64,000 nucleotides of DNA from positions 53,444,001-53,508,000 of the forward strand of contig NC_043007.1 of NCBI RefSeq assembly GCF_006345805.1. The letters are read 5' to 3'. The position numbers and the translations under genes are program-made. The notes beneath the pieces are model-generated. The model saw only the letters and a list, made by a program, of their open reading frames with translations, did no database searches and was not told the origin of the DNA. Below are positions 63,230 through 64,000 of this stretch, piece after piece; position 1 is the stretch's first letter, and each line of letters starts with the position of its first letter. The stretch comes from Octopus sinensis. Lineage: Eukaryota.

Positions 63230-64000
63230 CTCTGTACACTCACATACATGTTTGCACACTCACATACAGCATCCATACACTCAAGTACACACACGCCTAT
63301 ATACCCAATCAATTATAATACCTATTACATTGTTATATTAACCCATACATGGGTACATACATATGCCAGTTTCATCAATTGGTCCCCCATGCATAACATC
63401 AATATTAATAGCATGTAGATAAGTGCTAACTGCAAAACGAAGATCAAGCAAATATATAACTAAAAGAGGGTGTAGGGTGTAAAGTTAGTATTAAAATGTT
63501 AAATAATTATTTCGTTTTGCAGGGAGGAGCTTAGTGAAATGGGTAAATCTAATAAGGGGTCTCCATTAAATAGTAGACTAATGCTGACTTAAAGTGGTCT
63601 AGAATAAACTGAAGTGAAACAAACCAACAATGAGTATGGAATGGTAAAGTATGTTACAAAATACAGACAAATTCATTCATGGTGGAGGATCAAGATACTA
63701 TTAAGGGTGTGGTATGGTAGGGGAATGAATACTTGTGCACTCTATAGTCTAAATTTATGTTAAGAGTTAAGAGAACTGGCATTATATGGTTATAAGAGAG
63801 TGTAAAGGTTGTTTTGAGGAGGAGTAAAATGATGCAATATAATATAATTTAGTTATTATGTCTTTAAACTTGGATGGGTTTAGTGTAAGGATATTAATGT
63901 GGGGTTATCTAAACAGGGCCTAGGTTAGTAAATCTATTAACCAAACTATATTGCAAGGTAGCTTATGCCAACATTTAGAATCAAATTCTACTATTTCTAT

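Overview
AT-rich eukaryotic (metazoan) genomic DNA, dominated by transposable elements and (TA)n/(CA)n/(CATA)n microsatellites, with two 100-N assembly gaps. The repeat families resemble octopus/cephalopod DNA (inference). The only host gene I can name is ACTR2 (Arp2): coding exon 1 (MDNKGRSVIVCDNGTG, 48021-48068) is followed by an intron that runs past the window end. The rest is a nested mobile-element landscape. Retroelements: several copies of an RTE-clade LINE with a PHD-type C4HC3 finger inserted in its reverse transcriptase, a young GC-rich BovB-like RTE whose 5' half is inverted in the pattern expected from twin priming, an L1/Tx1-type 5' fragment, a decayed Ty3/Gypsy element, two Penelope-like elements (PLEs) and tRNA-derived SINEs. 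DNA elements: non-autonomous Helitrons, two head-to-head Tigger copies, mariner, Tc1 and MULE relics, and three MITEs. The most notable observations are four hammerhead-ribozyme folds (one on the sense strand of the ACTR2 intron), a Penelope pseudo-LTR that combines a tRNA-like pol III head with a hammerhead, and a well-spaced core promoter at ~9.3-9.56 kb with no identifiable downstream gene. All calls were made by eye; no database searches or folding programs were run.
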